Positions 63,345-64,000 of a stretch of DNA of 64,000 nucleotides are shown in pieces. The position numbers were made by a program, and so were the translations under genes. Every line of letters begins with the position of its first letter. Positions within the stretch are counted from its first letter, which is position 1. Origin of the DNA: Octopus bimaculoides (taxonomy: Eukaryota); the NCBI RefSeq assembly GCF_001194135.2, contig NC_068981.1, forward strand, positions 191,130,323 to 191,194,322, given 5' to 3'. The notes below the pieces were generated by a model, which was given only the letters and a program-made list of their open reading frames with translations, was not told the origin of the DNA and ran no database searches.

Positions 63345-63618
63345 GAAGAGCATGGGCTCAAAACGTAAAAGATTTTCTCACTTTCCCGAGCATCAAACTA
63401 ATACACCTGCTTGTTGTTCATACACCTGTCTTTGTCTTTTGTTTTTCTGTAAATTTCAACTATATATAAATATATATATATATATATAGTTGGAATTTAC
63501 ACAAAAAAACAAACAAAACAAAAGACAAAGACAGGTGTGTAAACAACAAAAGATGTATTAGCTTAATGCTCAGGAAGTAAGAAAGTCTTTTACATTTCAA
63601 GCCAACGCTCTTCAACAG
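63345..63618. mobile_element. Two Penelope-like termini, tail-to-tail around (TA)n
   Basis: 63345-63462 is about 80 percent complementary to 63487-63613; each arm begins with a degenerate GAAGAGC-NNNN-GCT(C/T)-(G/A)AAA-(C/T)GT hammerhead-like motif. Confidence 0.65.
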
Positions 63619-63669
63619 AAAGGAGAAATAAACAGAGAGAGAAAATAAAAAAATATATATATATATATA

Positions 63670-64000
63670 TATCATCATCATCATCATCATCGTTTAACGT
63701 CCGCTTTCCATGCTAGCATGGGTTGGACGATTTGACTGAGGACTGGTGAAACCGGATGGCAACACCAGGCTCCAATCTAATTTGGCAGAGTTTCTACAGC
63801 TGGATGCCCTTCCTAACGCCAACCACTCAGAGAGTGTAGTGGGTGCTTTTACGTGTCACCCGCACGAAAACGGCCACGCTCGAAATGGTGTCTTTTATGT
63901 GCCACCCGCACAAGCCAGTCCAGGGGCACTGGCAACGATCTCGCTCGAAAATCCTACGGGAGCCAGTCAGACGGTACTGGCAACGGCCACGCTCAAAATG
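63670..64000 (-). mobile_element. Young RTE 3' UTR, running off the window edge
   Basis: (CAT)n followed by CGTTTAACGTCCGCTTTCCATGCTAGCATGGGTTGGACG...; all CpGs intact. Confidence 0.88.

Overview
AT-rich, repeat-dense animal genomic DNA from a gapped draft assembly, with six N-runs (16898-17252, 20546-20871, 25207-26086, 26985-27284, 31056-31101, 36608-36702). The SINE/LINE families look like those I recall from Octopus genomes; this is recognition, not a database match. There are no prokaryotic genes, CRISPR arrays or intact long CDS. Almost all ORF-track entries are artefacts of microsatellites, N-runs or the antisense strand of repeats. The window is mostly tRNA-derived SINEs, 3' fragments of RTE and CR1 LINEs, Penelope-like termini, Tc1/mariner, hAT and piggyBac-like MITEs, a decayed mariner transposase, a U6 snRNA retrocopy and many microsatellites. 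There are unnamed exon-like segments on both strands: two clean plus-strand candidates, and a minus-strand series whose best frames carry stop codons (possibly a decayed gene). I found no convincing new biological system. The best leads are a U6-SINE-tail chimera, hammerhead-ribozyme-like motifs in Penelope-like termini, the stop-containing minus-strand exon chain, a perfect 25-bp hairpin and a three-SINE stack at one AATATT site. Repeat boundaries are approximate (about +/-15 bp) unless a TSD or TIR is quoted.
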